Of a DNA stretch of 64,000 nt, positions 51,400 through 63,261 are shown one piece after another. The stretch's first letter is position 1, and the number at the start of each line of letters is the position of its first letter. Under the pieces are notes generated by a model. That model worked only from the letters and a program-made list of their open reading frames with translations. It was not told the DNA's origin and ran no database searches. Position numbers and translations under genes: made by a program. Origin of the DNA: Macrostomum lignano (taxonomy: Eukaryota); assembly GCA_002269645.1 (NCBI GenBank), contig NIVC01003123.1:1-64000 (forward strand). Reading direction: 5' to 3'.

Positions 51400-51597
51400 G
51401 TGATCGCAGCTGAGGGCGAGCAGAAGGCCTCCCGCGCCCTGAAGGAGGCCGCCGACGTCCTCAACGAGTCGCCGTTCGCGCTGCAGCTGCGCTACCTGCA
51501 GACTCTCAATACGATCTCGGCCGAGAAGAATTCCACCATCATATTCCCTCTGCCGATTGAGATTCTGTCCAACTTCATGCACAGGCCGCGGCTGTGA
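51400..51597 (+). CDS. stom: Stomatin last exon (VIAAEGEQKASRALKEAA...LQLRYLQTL...STIIFPLPIE...RPRL*)
   Basis: Stomatin C-terminal signature and a TGA stop. The core exons total 803 nt, which is in frame with any 3n+1 first exon. Confidence 0.97.
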   Translation: MIAAEGEQKASRALKEAADVLNESPFALQLRYLQTLNTISAEKNSTIIFPLPIEILSNFMHRPRL

Positions 51598-51674
51598 AGT
51601 CTTTGACGCGATAGCTAAGCATTGCTAGTTTGCTTTGGTTAGGGAGGAGGGCGTGCAGGAAGATTGCTGGTCCC

Positions 51675-52190
51675 GAGAGAGAGAGACAGACAGACAGAAA
51701 TAAAGAAAGAGAAAAGGAGAGAGAAAGAGGGGGAAAGAGGAAGAGAGAGAGGGGGAGAGAAAGAGGGAGAGAGTGAGGGAGAGAGAGGGGAGAGAGAGAG
51801 AAAGGGAAAGAGAAAGAGAGAAAGAGGAAGAGAGAGAGGGAGAGAGAGAGGGAGAGACAGAGGGAGAGAGAAAAAGAGGGAGAGAGAGGGAGAGAGAGGA
51901 AGAGAGAGAGGGAGAGAGAGGGAGAGAGAGAAAGAGGGAGAGAGAAAGAGGGAGAGAGAAAGAGGGAGAGAGAAAAGGAGAGAAAGAGAAAGAGGGAGAG
52001 AGAGGGAGAGAGAGAAAGAGGGAGAGAGAAAGAGGGAGAGAGAAAGAGGGAGAGAGAAAAGGAGAGAAAGAGAAAGAGGGAGAGAGGGAGAGAGAGAGAG
52101 GGGGAGAGAGAGAGGGAGAGAGAGGGAGAGAGAGGGAGAGAGGGGGAGAGAGAGAGAGAGCGAAAAAGAGAGAGAGAGAAAGAGGGAGAG
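51675..52190. repeat. GA-rich low-complexity tract
   Basis: Almost pure purine on the + strand; source of the RE/LS-repeat ORFs. Confidence 0.95.
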
Positions 52191-52909
52191 ATTTGTGCGT
52201 GTGATCAGATCGCACGCATGGCAACAAGGTTTGTACCATGGATGCAGAGATCTTATAATACGGAACACAGAAAGCTGTCTTTCGTCTGGACAGGTGTTGA
52301 CTGTGGGTGAAAACCTCTTCCCAGCTAGTAGGGAATCTTTCTTGCAAAACTTCACGCCCAGATGCGTGCCCCAGCCACCTGCGATCACTTCTCCATTCTG
52401 GACAGTTTAGATGGGTGGGGGGACGCAAGAAAATCGAACGCACTTGGCCGCTTGGCCTCTTCACTCAGGCCCGACTTGGATTGGGAAGGTGTGAAGACGG
52501 ACCAAACATCGCCACTCCCAGTCGCTTGGGTCTCTCTCTCGCGATGCAATATTCCTGCCAATGCCTTCTTTGGCTTAATAGTTTTGCACTAACAAGTTCG
52601 CGTCATAACAAGAAACAAAACGCAAGCACCAAATTTAAGTTACGTAGCCGTCGAAGCGCGTTCGATTGGCCATAGACAGTCGTTTTCTCCTCGATAACCA
52701 TATAAACTAGCTGGTATTAATTTTTACTTTGAATTTCTGTGAGCTCATAGCAATGGCGTCAAATCCTATTGAAGGTTTGTAGCTGCCTCTCTGTCTAATA
52801 ATGTGCTATGCTCCTCATTCTATTCGAAAATCGCAGCTTCTTTGTAGAGAGCGTCGGTCATTTTGTATTTACATTTCAACTGCATGTTCTGGTTCTAGAG
52901 CCTGCAATC

Positions 52910-53935
52910 AGTGGGTGACAGTAGCACTGGAGCCTGTGATGTGTGGGTGACACTGGAGCCTGTGATGTGTGGGTGACACTGGAGCTTGTGATGTGTGGGT
53001 GACACTGGAGCCTGTGATGTGTGGGTGACACTGGAGCTTGTGATGTGTGGGTGACACTGGAGCCTGTGATGTGTGGGTGACACTGGAGCCTGTGATGTGT
53101 GGGTGACACTGGAGCCTGTGATGTGTGGGTGACACTGGAGCTTGTGATGTGTGGGTGGCACTGGAGCCTGTGATGTGTGGGTGACAGTAGCACTGGAGCC
53201 TGTGATGTGTGGGTGACACTGGAGCCTGTGATGTGTGGGTGACAGTACCTGGTAGCACTGGAGCCTGCGATCTGTGGGTGACAGTAGGACTGGAGCCTGT
53301 GATCTGTGGGTGACAGTAGCACTGGAGCCTGTGATGTGTGGGTGACAGTAGCACTGGAGCCTGTGATCTGTGGGTGACAGTAGCACTGGAGCCTGTGATC
53401 TGTGGGTGACAGTAGCACTGGAGCCTGTGATCTGTGGGTGACAGTAGCACTGGAGCCTGTGATCTGTGGGTGACAGTAGCACTGGAGCCTGCGATGTGTG
53501 GGTGACAGTAGCACTGGAGCCTGTGATCTGTGGGTGACAGTAGCACTGGAGCCTGTGATGTGTGGGTGACAGTAGCACTGGAGCCTGTGATCTGTGGGTG
53601 ACAGTAGCACTGGAGCCTGCGATGTGTGGGTGACAGTAGCACTGGAGCCTGTGATCTGTGGGTGACAGTAGCACTGGAGCCTGTGATCTGTGGGTGACAG
53701 TAGCACTGGAGCCTGTGATGTGTGGGTGACAGTAGCACTGGAGCCTGTGATGTGTGGGTGACAGTAGCACTGGAGCCTGCGATGTGTGGGTGACAGTAGC
53801 ACTGGAGCCTGTGATCTGTGGGTGACAGTAGCACTGGAGCCTGTGATGTGTGGGTGACAGTAGCACTGGAGCCTGTGATGTGTGGGTGACAGTAGCACTG
53901 GAGCCTGCGATGTGTGGGTGACAGTAGCACTGGAG
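52910..53935. repeat. 32-bp minisatellite (GTGACAGTAGCACTGGAGCCTGTGATGTGTGG) with 26-bp variants at the left end
   Basis: Direct reading. Confidence 0.95.
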
Positions 53936-54487
53936 CTAGTAGACTTATTACTACTTCCAGTAGTACAATGCTAGCCCAATAACAGAGTGTTCCTCATGGA
54001 TAGCAGCTGACAATTTGGGAGTGCTGAGTTCTCAAGCACTTTTTGCCTATATTTATGAAAATATTTACACACTCGTACATGCTTAAAACCAATTATTTAC
54101 TTGTTGTTATTACCCTCTACACGCAGCAGAGTTTGCGAGTCCATTGGTTACACGAGATCTCCCATATATTTCCATGTCTGCTTTGTAATGTTAGACTGTG
54201 TTTAGACCGAACTGATGTTTTTCTATAAATCTCTAAAGTTAAGCTCTCTGATCTTTTCATGCAAGGGTTACTCTGCCGCACGAACAATAAATATTTGCCG
54301 CAAAAATATTTTGTCCATACTGAGCAACTTCAAGCTAATCTCTGCGTTTTTTGCTTTTTTGAAGAAAGCTGGTGAAAGATATACGTGTATATGATCTGGA
54401 ATCTGTGCTATAGACTGCGGTGCTTGTTGGGCCACAGCTAGTGATGATACAGGTGTGAGCTGGGTGATACAGGTGTGAGCTGTGTGA

Positions 54488-56215
54488 TGGTGGTGCCCGG
54501 CTTCTTTGGAATGGCGACGATGTGCGCCGTGGTCCATTCGTTTGGCGCCACCTCACCGGAAAGCACGCGGTTCATCACTCTGGCGACCTCAGTGGCCACG
54601 CAGTGGATCCGCAGCGCCTCGGTGGGCACCTCGTCCGGACCAAGCGCTTTGCCGCCCGGCGACTGCCGAGCGAACTTCACAACGTCGGCTGTGCTGACTG
54701 GGGCAACGTTGAAGCTCTCCTCCACCGGCAACGGCGTCTCCGGCGGCAGCCTCAGATTTTCTGGAAGCGGAGGGGGCGGCGCGTTGACAATGGCGGCGAA
54801 GAACTCGCGCAGCTCGTTCCTGCGCTCATCCGGAGTGTCGCCTGCCAGGTTGAGCGCGATGCGCCGCTTTCGCCACCAAGCTCGAGGAGCATCGAGGTAT
54901 CTGCCTACAGTCCTGCGCCGCGAAGCTGTTCAACCGCATGCTGCTATCGCGGTTACAGCCTGTGCTGGACCCGTACCTGCGGCCTGAGCAAAACGGTTTC
55001 CGGCCCCATCGCGGCACAGTGACGCAGATCCTGGCTCTTCGGCGAGTCATCGAGGAGGCGCGCATCCGCCAGTTGACCCTGATCCTAATCTTCGTCGATT
55101 TCAGGAAGGCCTTCGACTCGGTCGTGAGGGACGCGCTCCCAGAGGTGCTCCGTGCGTACAACGTGCCAGAGCTGCTGATTTCTGCTGTCATGGCGCTGTA
55201 CCACGGCACGACGGCTGCTGTCTCAACACCGGACGGCCTATCGGATTTCTTCGAGACATCCTCCGGGGTGCTCCAGGGAGATACGCTAGCGCCGTTCCTA
55301 TTTATTCTGGTGCTTGACTGGGTGCTACGGACTGCTCTGCCTTCCAACGACGACGGCTTCCTGCTGCGGCGACGCGTGGGTCGACGCCAACCGGAGAGAC
55401 GGCTCAGCGTGCTTGGCTACGCCGATGACCTCGCCCTGCTGTCCTCGACCGTCGAGGGCGCCCAACGACAGCTGGATAGGCTGGTTGCCGTTGCGGCGAG
55501 CGTCGGCCTGGTGGTCAACACGCAGAAGACCGTCGTGCTATGCGTGCCGGACGACACCGAGGCTGCAATCTTCTGCCGAGGCGCTGACGGACAGGCGAGT
55601 GAGCTTCCAAGATGTCAGCAGTTCGTCTACCTCGGCGGTCTGGTTCCCGACGTCCGCGAGGATCTGCGGCGTCGCCGAGGACTTGCCTGGGCTGCCTTTC
55701 GTTCTATAAGGTCAGTCCTGCAGTCCGAGGCCCTACCGGACCGCCAGAGGGCGGCGCTGTTCCAGGCGGTGATCGAGACCGTCCTGTTATACAACGCCGA
55801 GACCTGGACGCTGACAGACTCGCTCGAGGCTCAAGTCGACGCGGCGCACGCTGGCCTGCTGCGCGCCGCCTTCAAGATCGGCAACGAGCGAGTCCCCAAC
55901 ACGGCGCTCTATCATCGCGCCGGCCTGGCCCGTCTTAGCGATCTGCTGCGCCGTCGGCGACTCCAGCTGGCAGGCCACGTCATCCGCGCCGAGGCCTACT
56001 GTCCGGAGCCGGTGCAGGAGGTGCTGCTACTTACGTTGCAGGCACCCTACCGGCGGGGACAGGCGAGGACTCGGCGCTACGTCGACTGTCTGCTGGATGA
56101 CGCCGGCGCCCCGGACTCTGCCGGCGGTGCGGCCTTTGTTCGCGCCCAAGCTTCGAAGCGAGCCATCTGACGCTGCTTTTGCGAACTGACAGCGTACTCT
56201 GTTGTTGTTGTTGTT
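54488..56215 (+). mobile_element. 5'-truncated, 5'-inverted RTE/RTEX-like non-LTR retrotransposon
   Basis: The sense part (about 54873-56215) has a (GTT)5 tail at 56201-56215. The antisense part (54488-54872) encodes the immediately upstream ORF segment KALGPDEVPTE...WTTAHIVAIPKKPGTT. The element is inserted into a 20-bp array. Confidence 0.92.
54875..56170 (+). CDS. Truncated reverse transcriptase ORF of the LINE (uninterrupted)
   Basis: Motifs QNGFRPHRG, FVDFRKAFDS, GVLQGDTLAP, YADD and YLG, plus the RTE-type C-terminus RRRRLQLAGHVIR...RRGQARTRRYVD. Confidence 0.93.
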   Translation, partial: TKLEEHRGICLQSCAAKLFNRMLLSRLQPVLDPYLRPEQNGFRPHRGTVTQILALRRVIEEARIRQLTLILIFVDFRKAFDSVVRDALPEVLRAYNVPELLISAVMALYHGTTAAVSTPDGLSDFFETSSGVLQGDTLAPFLFILVLDWVLRTALPSNDDGFLLRRRVGRRQPERRLSVLGYADDLALLSSTVEGAQRQLDRLVAVAASVGLVVNTQKTVVLCVPDDTEAAIFCRGADGQASELPRCQQFVYLGGLVPDVREDLRRRRGLAWAAFRSIRSVLQSEALPDRQRAALFQAVIETVLLYNAETWTLTDSLEAQVDAAHAGLLRAAFKIGNERVPNTALYHRAGLARLSDLLRRRRLQLAGHVIRAEAYCPEPVQEVLLLTLQAPYRRGQARTRRYVDCLLDDAGAPDSAGGAAFVRAQASKRAI

Positions 56216-57015
56216 GTGTGATACAGGTGTGAGCTGTGTGATGCAGGTGTGAGCTGTGTGATACAAGTGTGAGCTGTGTGATTATGCATGTGTGAGCTGT
56301 GTGATGATGCAGGTGTGAGCTGTGTGATGCAGGTGTGAGCTGTGTGATGCAGGTGTGAGCTGTGTGATACAGGTGTGAGCTGTGTGATATAGGTGTGAGC
56401 TGTGTGATGCAGGTGTGAGCTGGGTGATACAGGTGTGAGCTGTGTGATGCAGGTGTGAGCTGTGTGATGCAGGTGTGAGCTGTGTGATGCAGGTGTGAGC
56501 TGTGTGATGCAGGTGTGAGCTGTGTGATGCATGTGTGAGCTGTTTGATGCAGGTGTGAGCTGTGTGATACAGGTGTGAGCTGTGTGATACAGGTGTGAGC
56601 TGTGTGATGAAGGTGTGAGCTGTGTGATGCAGGTGTGAGCTGTGTGATGCAGGTGTGAGCTGTGTGATACAGGTGTGAGCTGTGTGATACAGGTGTGAGC
56701 TGTGTGATACAGGTGTGAGCTGTGTGATACAGGTGTGAGCTGTGTGATGCAGGTGTGAGCTGTGTGATGCAGGTGTGAGCTGTGTGATGCAGGTGTGAGC
56801 TGTGTGATACAGGTGTGAGCTGTGTGATGAAGGTGTGAGCTGTGTGATGCAGGTGTGAGCTGTGTGATACAGGTGTAAGCTGTGTGATACAGGTGTGAGC
56901 TGTGTGATGCATGTGTGAGCTGTGTGATGATGCATGTGTGGGCTGTGTGATGATGCAGGTGTGAGCTGTGTGATATAGGTGTGAGCTGTGTGATGAAGGT
57001 GTGAGCTGGGTGATC
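56216..57015. repeat. 20-bp minisatellite (GTGTGATGCAGGTGTGAGCT); about 2 further units lie left of the LINE at 54441-54487
   Basis: Direct reading. Confidence 0.95.
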
Positions 57016-57284
57016 AAGATTGAATAGTATGCATTTTTAGCCAAGCAAAGCTATTGGTTCAAAAAATGTTAGCTTCATTAATAATTGCTTTATTGCGGTT
57101 AAATGTAGCGAATATCCTCAAAGAAAAATGATTGACAGATTTCTTTTGCACTATGTTGCACACATATATTGCTCGAAATTCTTTAATTGTTGTGTTTCTA
57201 GGTAAGAAATATAAAAAATTCTGATATAAAAACACTTGAATTTCTGCTGAAAGCCATAGCAAAAGGTACCTGTTAAAGTAACAG

Positions 57285-57607
57285 GTTGTCTGGCAACACA
57301 GTGATTACATTTGGTTGCTTAGCAACACGGTGATTACATTTGGTTGCTTAGCAACACTGTGATTACATTTGATTGCTTAGCAACACTGTGATTAAATTTG
57401 GTTGCTTAGCAACACGGTGATTACATTTGGTTGCTTAGCAACACGGTGATTACACTTGTTGCTTAGCAACACGGTGATTACACTTGTTGCTTAGCAACAC
57501 GGTGATTACACTTGTTGCTTAGCAACACGGTGATTACACTTGTTGCTTAGCAACACAGTGATTACACTTTGTTGCTAAGCAAAGTGATAACCGTATCGCC
57601 TAGCAAC
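57285..57607. promoter_or_regulatory. 28-29-bp tandem array in which each unit carries an RFX X-box palindrome (GTTGCTTAGCAAC)
   Basis: Eight perfect copies (57314, 57343, 57401, 57430, 57458, 57486, 57514, 57542) plus variants at 57285, 57372, 57571 and 57593. The repeat itself is certain; RFX binding is inferred. Confidence 0.55.
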
Positions 57608-57771
57608 AAAACTGCCAGATCTTGCATGGAAAAATTCGAATTATAATTTTTCACTTGCATAAGGCTTTCAGTAATCATATCTTTGGGATTAACTAAAATT
57701 GACTGGGAAATTTAGGGAAAATTATAATCTCTACAGCTGGACTAAGGTTTGCTTAAATCACTCCGGAGCCG

Positions 57772-58016
57772 CTAATAGTCGGATGCGGCGGTGTGGGCCA
57801 GGCACCGGGTCCTGTAGAAATTCGTGTTCGTCTCCAGGTCGTGAATTGTGCGCAGCATCGCCAGCAGGCCGCGCACCGCCTCGCTGCCAACGTTGCGAAT
57901 GTAGGCAGGCGGCAGCAGGAAGCCGTAGGCGCCGTCGTCTGGCAGCTCGACGGTCAGCGAATACGGGACTTCGAGCGAGCCGTGAGCCCAGTCATCTGAG
58001 CCGCCGCTGGCCTCGT
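57772..58016 (-). CDS. M14A zinc carboxypeptidase, last exon (YEASGGSDDWAHG...VELPDDGAYGFLLPP...*)
   Basis: Contains the Tyr248, Asp255 and Glu270 equivalents (CPA numbering), a CTGCAG acceptor and a TAG stop. Confidence 0.95.
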
Positions 58017-58029
58017 CTGCAGGGGCGCG

Positions 58030-58705
58030 TTTTTGTTTCCCGTCTGTCTGGTTTATCTCCCGTCTGCCTGGTTTATCTCCCGTCTGCCTGGTTTATCTCC
58101 CGTCTGCCTGGTTTATCTCCCGTCTGTCTGGTTTATCTCCCGTCTGCCTGGTTTATCTCCCGTCTGCCTGGTTTATCTCCCGTCTGCCTGGTTTATCTCC
58201 CGTCTGCCTGGTTTATCTCCCGTCTGCCTGGTTTATCTCTCGTCTGCCTGGTTTATCTCCCGTCTGCCTGGTTTATCTCCCGTCTGCCTGGTTTATCTCC
58301 CATCTGTCTGTTTATCTCCCGTCTGTCTGGTTTATCTCTCGTCTGTCTGGTTTATCTCTCGTCTGTCTGGTTTATCTCTCGTCTGTCTGGTTTATCTCTC
58401 GTCTGTCTGGTTTATCTCTCGTCTGTCTGGTTTATCTCCCGTCTGCCTGGTTTATCTCCCGTCTGCCTGGTTTATCTCCCATCTGTCTGTTTATCTCCCG
58501 TCTGTCTGGTTTATCTCTCGTCTGTCTGGTTTATCTCTCGTCTGTCTGTTTTATCTCTCGTCTGTCTGGTTTATCTCTCGTCTGTCTGGTTTATCTCCCG
58601 TCTGCCTGGTTTTTCTCCCGTCTGCCTGGTTTATCTCCCGTCTGCCTGGTTTATCTCCCGTCTGCCTGGTTTATCTCCCATCTGTCTGTTTATCTCCCGT
58701 CTTTA
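58030..58705. repeat. 20-bp intronic minisatellite (TTTATCTCCCGTCTGCCTGG)
   Basis: Fills the intron 58017-58745. Confidence 0.95.
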
Positions 58706-58745
58706 TCCCTTTATCCCTAATTCTCCCAATGCAGCAGCAACTCAC

Positions 58746-58830
58746 ACAAGACATCGGCGCTGGTTCCGTGAATGTAAAATCGATGGTTTGTTGCGAACAT
58801 CTCCCGGCTGCCGAAGAAGGCCACGCAGCT
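58746..58830 (-). CDS. Carboxypeptidase exon (SCVAFFGSREMFATNHRFYIHGTSADVL)
   Basis: CCGCAG acceptor and T|GTGAGT donor; phases 0 and 1 fit both neighbours. Confidence 0.85.
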
Positions 58831-58899
58831 CTGCGGAATTTGAGTCCGGATTTTTGGTGGATTAACCCGGGCTTTGAATTTGACGTAGATTCCTATAGA

Positions 58900-59352
58900 T
58901 AGATCTGTAGATTGATATAGATCTGTAGATTGATATAGATCTGTAGATTGATATAGATCTGTAGATTGATATAGATCTGTAGATTGATATAGATCTGTAG
59001 ATTAATATAGATCTTTAGATTGATATAGATCTGTAGATTGATATAGATCTGTAGATTGATATAGATCTGTAGATTGATATAGATCTGTAGATTGATATAG
59101 ATCTGTAGATTGATATAGATCTGTAGATTGATATAGATCTGTAGATTGATATAGATCTGTAGATTGATATAGATCTGTAGATTGATATAGATCTGTAGAT
59201 TGATATAGATCTGTAGATTGATATAGATCTGTAGATTGATATAGATCTGTAGATTGATATAGATCTGTAGATTGATATAGATCTGTAGATTGATATAGAT
59301 CTGTAGATTGATATAGATCTGTAGATTGATATAGATCTGTAGATTGATATAG
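58900..59352. repeat. 18-bp intronic minisatellite (ATAGATCTGTAGATTGAT)
   Basis: Fills the intron 58831-59368. Confidence 0.96.
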
Positions 59353-59368
59353 AACCCACGGAACTCAC

Positions 59369-59597
59369 CATCTTGCCAGCGCTGAGCGCAGGCCGCGGGT
59401 AGGCCCCCCTCTTGAAGCCGAATGGCATCAGCACGTACTGGCCGTATGAATGGTAGGACAGGAACAGCAAGATCTTCTTGTCGGAGTTCTCCTGCTCGAC
59501 GAATCTCTTCACGGCGGCCGACTCCATGGCAGAGAATGGCCCGGTGCCTCGGTAATTATCCTGGCAGGGGTCGCTTGAGCTGCCCGAGCCGCCCCAC
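59369..59597 (-). CDS. Carboxypeptidase exon (WGGSGSSSDPCQDNYRG...LSYHSYGQ...GKM)
   Basis: Carries the third Zn ligand His196 (YHSY), with an ATG|GTGAGT donor. Confidence 0.96.
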
Positions 59598-59629
59598 CTG
59601 CGAATGGTGTTTTGTAGGCTTGGGGATTA

Positions 59630-60950
59630 TCTGCATGAGTCAGCTGTACATCTGCATGGGTCAGCTGTACATCTGCATGGGTCAGCTGTACATCTGCATG
59701 AGTCAGCTGTACATCTGCATGGGTCAGCTGTACATCTGCATGGGTCAGCTGTACATCTGCATGGGTCAGCTGTACATCTATATGGGTCATCTGTACATCT
59801 ATATGGGTCATCTGTACATCTATATGGGTCATCTGTACAACTATATGGGTCATCTGTACATCTATATGGGTCATCTGTACATCTATATGGGTCATCTGTA
59901 CATCTATATGGGTCATCTGTACAACTATATGGGTCATCTGTACATCTATATGGGTCATCTGTACATCTATATGGGTCATCTGTACATCTATATGGATCAT
60001 CTGTACATCTATATGGGTCATCTGTACATCTATATGGATCATCTGTACATCTATAGGGATCATCTGTACATCTATATGGGTCATCTGTACATCTGTATGG
60101 GTCATCTGTACATCTATATGGGTCATCTGTACATCTATATGGATCATCTGTACATCTATATGGGTCATCTGTACATCTATATGGATCATCTGTACATCTA
60201 TATGGATCATCTGTACATCTATATGGATCATCTGTACATCTATATGGGTCATCTGTACATCTATATGGATCATCTGTACATCTATATGGATCATCTGTAC
60301 ATCTATAGGGATCATCCGTACATCTATAGGGATCATCTGTACATCTATATGGGTCATCTGTACATCTATATGGGTCATCTGTACATCTATAGGGATCATC
60401 TGTACATCTATATGGATCATCTGTACATCTATAGGGATCATCTGTACATCTATATGGGTCATCTGTACATCTATATGGACCATCCGTACATCTATATGGG
60501 TCATCTGTACATCTATATGGGTCATCTGTACATCTATATGGGTCATCTGTACATCTATAGGGATCATCCGTACATCTATAGGGATCATCTGTACATCTAT
60601 ATGGGTCATCTGTACATCTATATGGGTCATCTGTACATCTATAGGGATCATCTGTACATCTATATGGATCATCTGTACATCTATAGGGATCATCTGTACA
60701 TCTATATGGGTCATCTGTACATCTATATGGACCATCCGTACATCTATATGGGTCATCTGTACATCTATATGGGTCATCTGTAAATCTATATGGATGATCT
60801 GTACATGTATATGGATGATCTGTACATCTATATGGGTCATCTGTACATCTATATGGGTTATCTGTACATCTATATGGGTCATCTGTACATCTATATGGGT
60901 CATCTGTACATCTATATGGGTCATCTGTACATGTATAGGGATCATCTCTG
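59630..60950. repeat. 21-bp intronic minisatellite (CATCTGTACATCTATATGGGT)
   Basis: Direct reading; the left-end units are of the CAGCTGTACATCTGCATGGGT type. Confidence 0.96.
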
Positions 60951-61125
60951 TCAGAGTCTATTTTAGCACAAATAAAATAATAAAAATACTACGCTGCGTG
61001 CACTACTTATAGTATAGCTAGATAGAAATCGACATAATTTAGTTTCCGATTCCAATCAGAAACGTCTGATTGAAGGGCTAATATCACGTGACTGAATAAA
61101 AAATCTGTCAACAAACCAGACGCAC

Positions 61126-61223
61126 TTGTAGCCATAGTTTCTGTTGAGGTCGACGCCTCTGCACACCCGGCTTTGAGATGGGTGGCCACCGTTCGTTTGG
61201 CGGTTTTTGCGCCAAAATCGGTA
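61126..61223 (-). CDS. Carboxypeptidase exon (YRFWRKNRQ...CRGVDLNRNYGYK)
   Basis: Contains the Arg127 and Asn144-Arg145 motifs, a TTTTCAG acceptor and a phase-2 donor. Confidence 0.95.
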
Positions 61224-61289
61224 CTGAAAAGTGTCAGTTAAGAGATGAGGCTGTGAAGGGTTCGCGTCGCTATGTTGCCTGAATAGAAA

Positions 61290-62445
61290 GTCACTGGGTT
61301 CAGTGAATATCGGGAGAGAAAGTCACTGGGTTCAGTGAATATCGGGAGAGAAAGTCACTGGGTTCAGTGAATATCGGGAGAGAAAGTTACTGGGTTCAGT
61401 GAATATCGGGAGAGAAAGTTACTGGGTTCAGTGAATATCGGGAGAGAAAGTCACTGGGTTCAGTGAATATCGGGAGAGAAAGTTACTGGGTTCAGTGAAT
61501 ATCGGGAGAGAAAGTTACTGGGTTCAGTGAATATCGGGATAGAAAGTCACTGGGTTCAGTGAATATCGGGAGAGAAAGTCACTGGGTTCAGTGAATATCG
61601 GGAGAGAAAGTTACTGGGTTCAGTGAATATCGGGATAGAAAGTCACTGGGTTCAGTGAATATCGGGAGAGAAAGTTACTGGGTTCAGTGAATATCGGGAT
61701 AGAAAGTCACTGGGTTCAGTGAATATCGGGAGAGAAAGTCACTGGGTTCAGTGAATATCGGGAGAGAAAGTCACTGGGTTCAGTGAATATCGGGAGAGAA
61801 AGTCACTGGGTTCAGTGAATATCGGGAGAGAAAGTCACTGAGTTCAGTGAATATCGGGAGAGAAAGTTACTGGGTTCAGTGAATATCGGGAGAGAAAGTT
61901 ACTGGGTTCAGTGAATATCGGGAGAGAAAGTTACTGGGTTCAGTGAATATCGGGAGAGAAAGTTACTGGGTTCAGTGAATATCGGGAGAGAAAGTTACTG
62001 GGTTCAGTGAATATCGGGAGAGAAAGTTACTGGGTTCAGTGAATATCGGGAGAGAAAGTCATTGGGTTCAGTGAATATCGGGAGAGAAAGTTACTGGGTT
62101 CAGTGAATATCGGGAGAGAAAGTTACTGGGTTCAGTGAATATCGGGAGAGAAAGTTACTGGGTTCAGTGAATATCGGGAGAGAAAGTTACTGGGTTCAGT
62201 GAATATCGGGAGAGAAAGTCACTGGGTTCAGTGAATATCGGGAGAGAAAGTCACTGAGTTCAGTGAATATCGGGAGAGAAAGTAATTGGGTTCAGTGAAT
62301 ATCGGGAGAGAAAGTAATTGGGTTCAGTGAATATCGGGAGAGAAAGGTTCAGTGAATATCGGGAGAGAAAGTCATTGGGTTCAGTGAGGGAATAACAAGA
62401 GATAAAGTCATTGGGTTCAGTGAGGGAATAACAAGAGAGAAAGTC
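61290..62445. repeat. 32-bp intronic minisatellite (GAAAGTCACTGGGTTCAGTGAATATCGGGAGA)
   Basis: Fills the intron 61224-62467. Confidence 0.96.
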
Positions 62446-62467
62446 CCAGTGCTCAGAGAGGACTCAC

Positions 62468-62590
62468 ATGAGAATGGGAGTACTCATAACCGTCCGGGTT
62501 GTACAGCGGCAGCATCAGAAAATCGTAGTAGTCGAGCAGCGCGACAACCTCTGGGGTCCACATTCGGCGATTCAGGCCCTTGGAGATCAG
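62468..62590 (-). CDS. Carboxypeptidase exon (LISKGLNRR...DFLMLPLYNPDGYEYSHSH)
   Basis: NPDGYEY signature and a CAT|GTGAGT donor. Confidence 0.95.
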
Positions 62591-62719
62591 CTGTGTTCGA
62601 GTTTTTCAATGCGGAGGTGATGATGACTGCAACGCTTTTGTAACCCTGGTGTTCAGGTTAGTCTACTATGAATATAAATCAATATCAGCATGGCAGACGG
62701 GCACCTGGGCACCTGAACT

Positions 62720-62960
62720 GGTCCCACAATCAGCGCTGAGGCAATGACTGCTGAGCACATGCAAGAGCGCCTATACTGCTACGATCACACAGGGTGTACA
62801 GCGGCTCTGACTTCCTGATCGTCAGGCATGTACACTCTCTGTGCCTTGAAGGTTGGCCCTGGGCCAATTTCGTGCGCACAAGCCCCAAATGAATGTGGGG
62901 CCGCTCAGGGATTCGAACCAGGGGTCGTGGCGCGAGAGTCGGACGTGGTTACCTCTGAGC
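62720..62960 (-). mobile_element. Diverged SINE family 2-related copy in a carboxypeptidase intron
   Basis: Shares GTGTACAGCGG...GGCATGTACAC...GTGCCTTG...GCCCCAAAT with the 33010 and 35300 copies, and has GATTCGAACC (B-box on the minus strand). Confidence 0.6.
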
Positions 62961-63010
62961 TGCTTTTTGCCAATCATAAAAACCCGCGCAGACCAAACAG
63001 CATCTCTCAC

Positions 63011-63118
63011 CACATCGGCCATGTACAGCACGGTGGCCGGGCTGATCCACTCCCTGGCGTGGATGCCGCCGTCAATCCACACCTTGCGCTTCTGCTTGTC
63101 CGTCTGGCTTTTCTCGAT
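63011..63118 (-). CDS. Carboxypeptidase exon with the HxxE zinc motif (KVWIDGGIHAREWISPA)
   Basis: His69/Glu72 motif with AG/GT boundaries, 108 nt. Confidence 0.97.
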
Positions 63119-63261
63119 CTGCTCGGAGGCGGCGAGGTGAGGAACCGAATTTCGTTTGGTTGGAATTGAGTTCGATCACCACCGAGCATCCGTAGCTTAT
63201 CCTGAGCACAGTCGGCTCAGCCTCACCCGAGCCTGCTCCTCTCTCACCCATGATGACTCAC

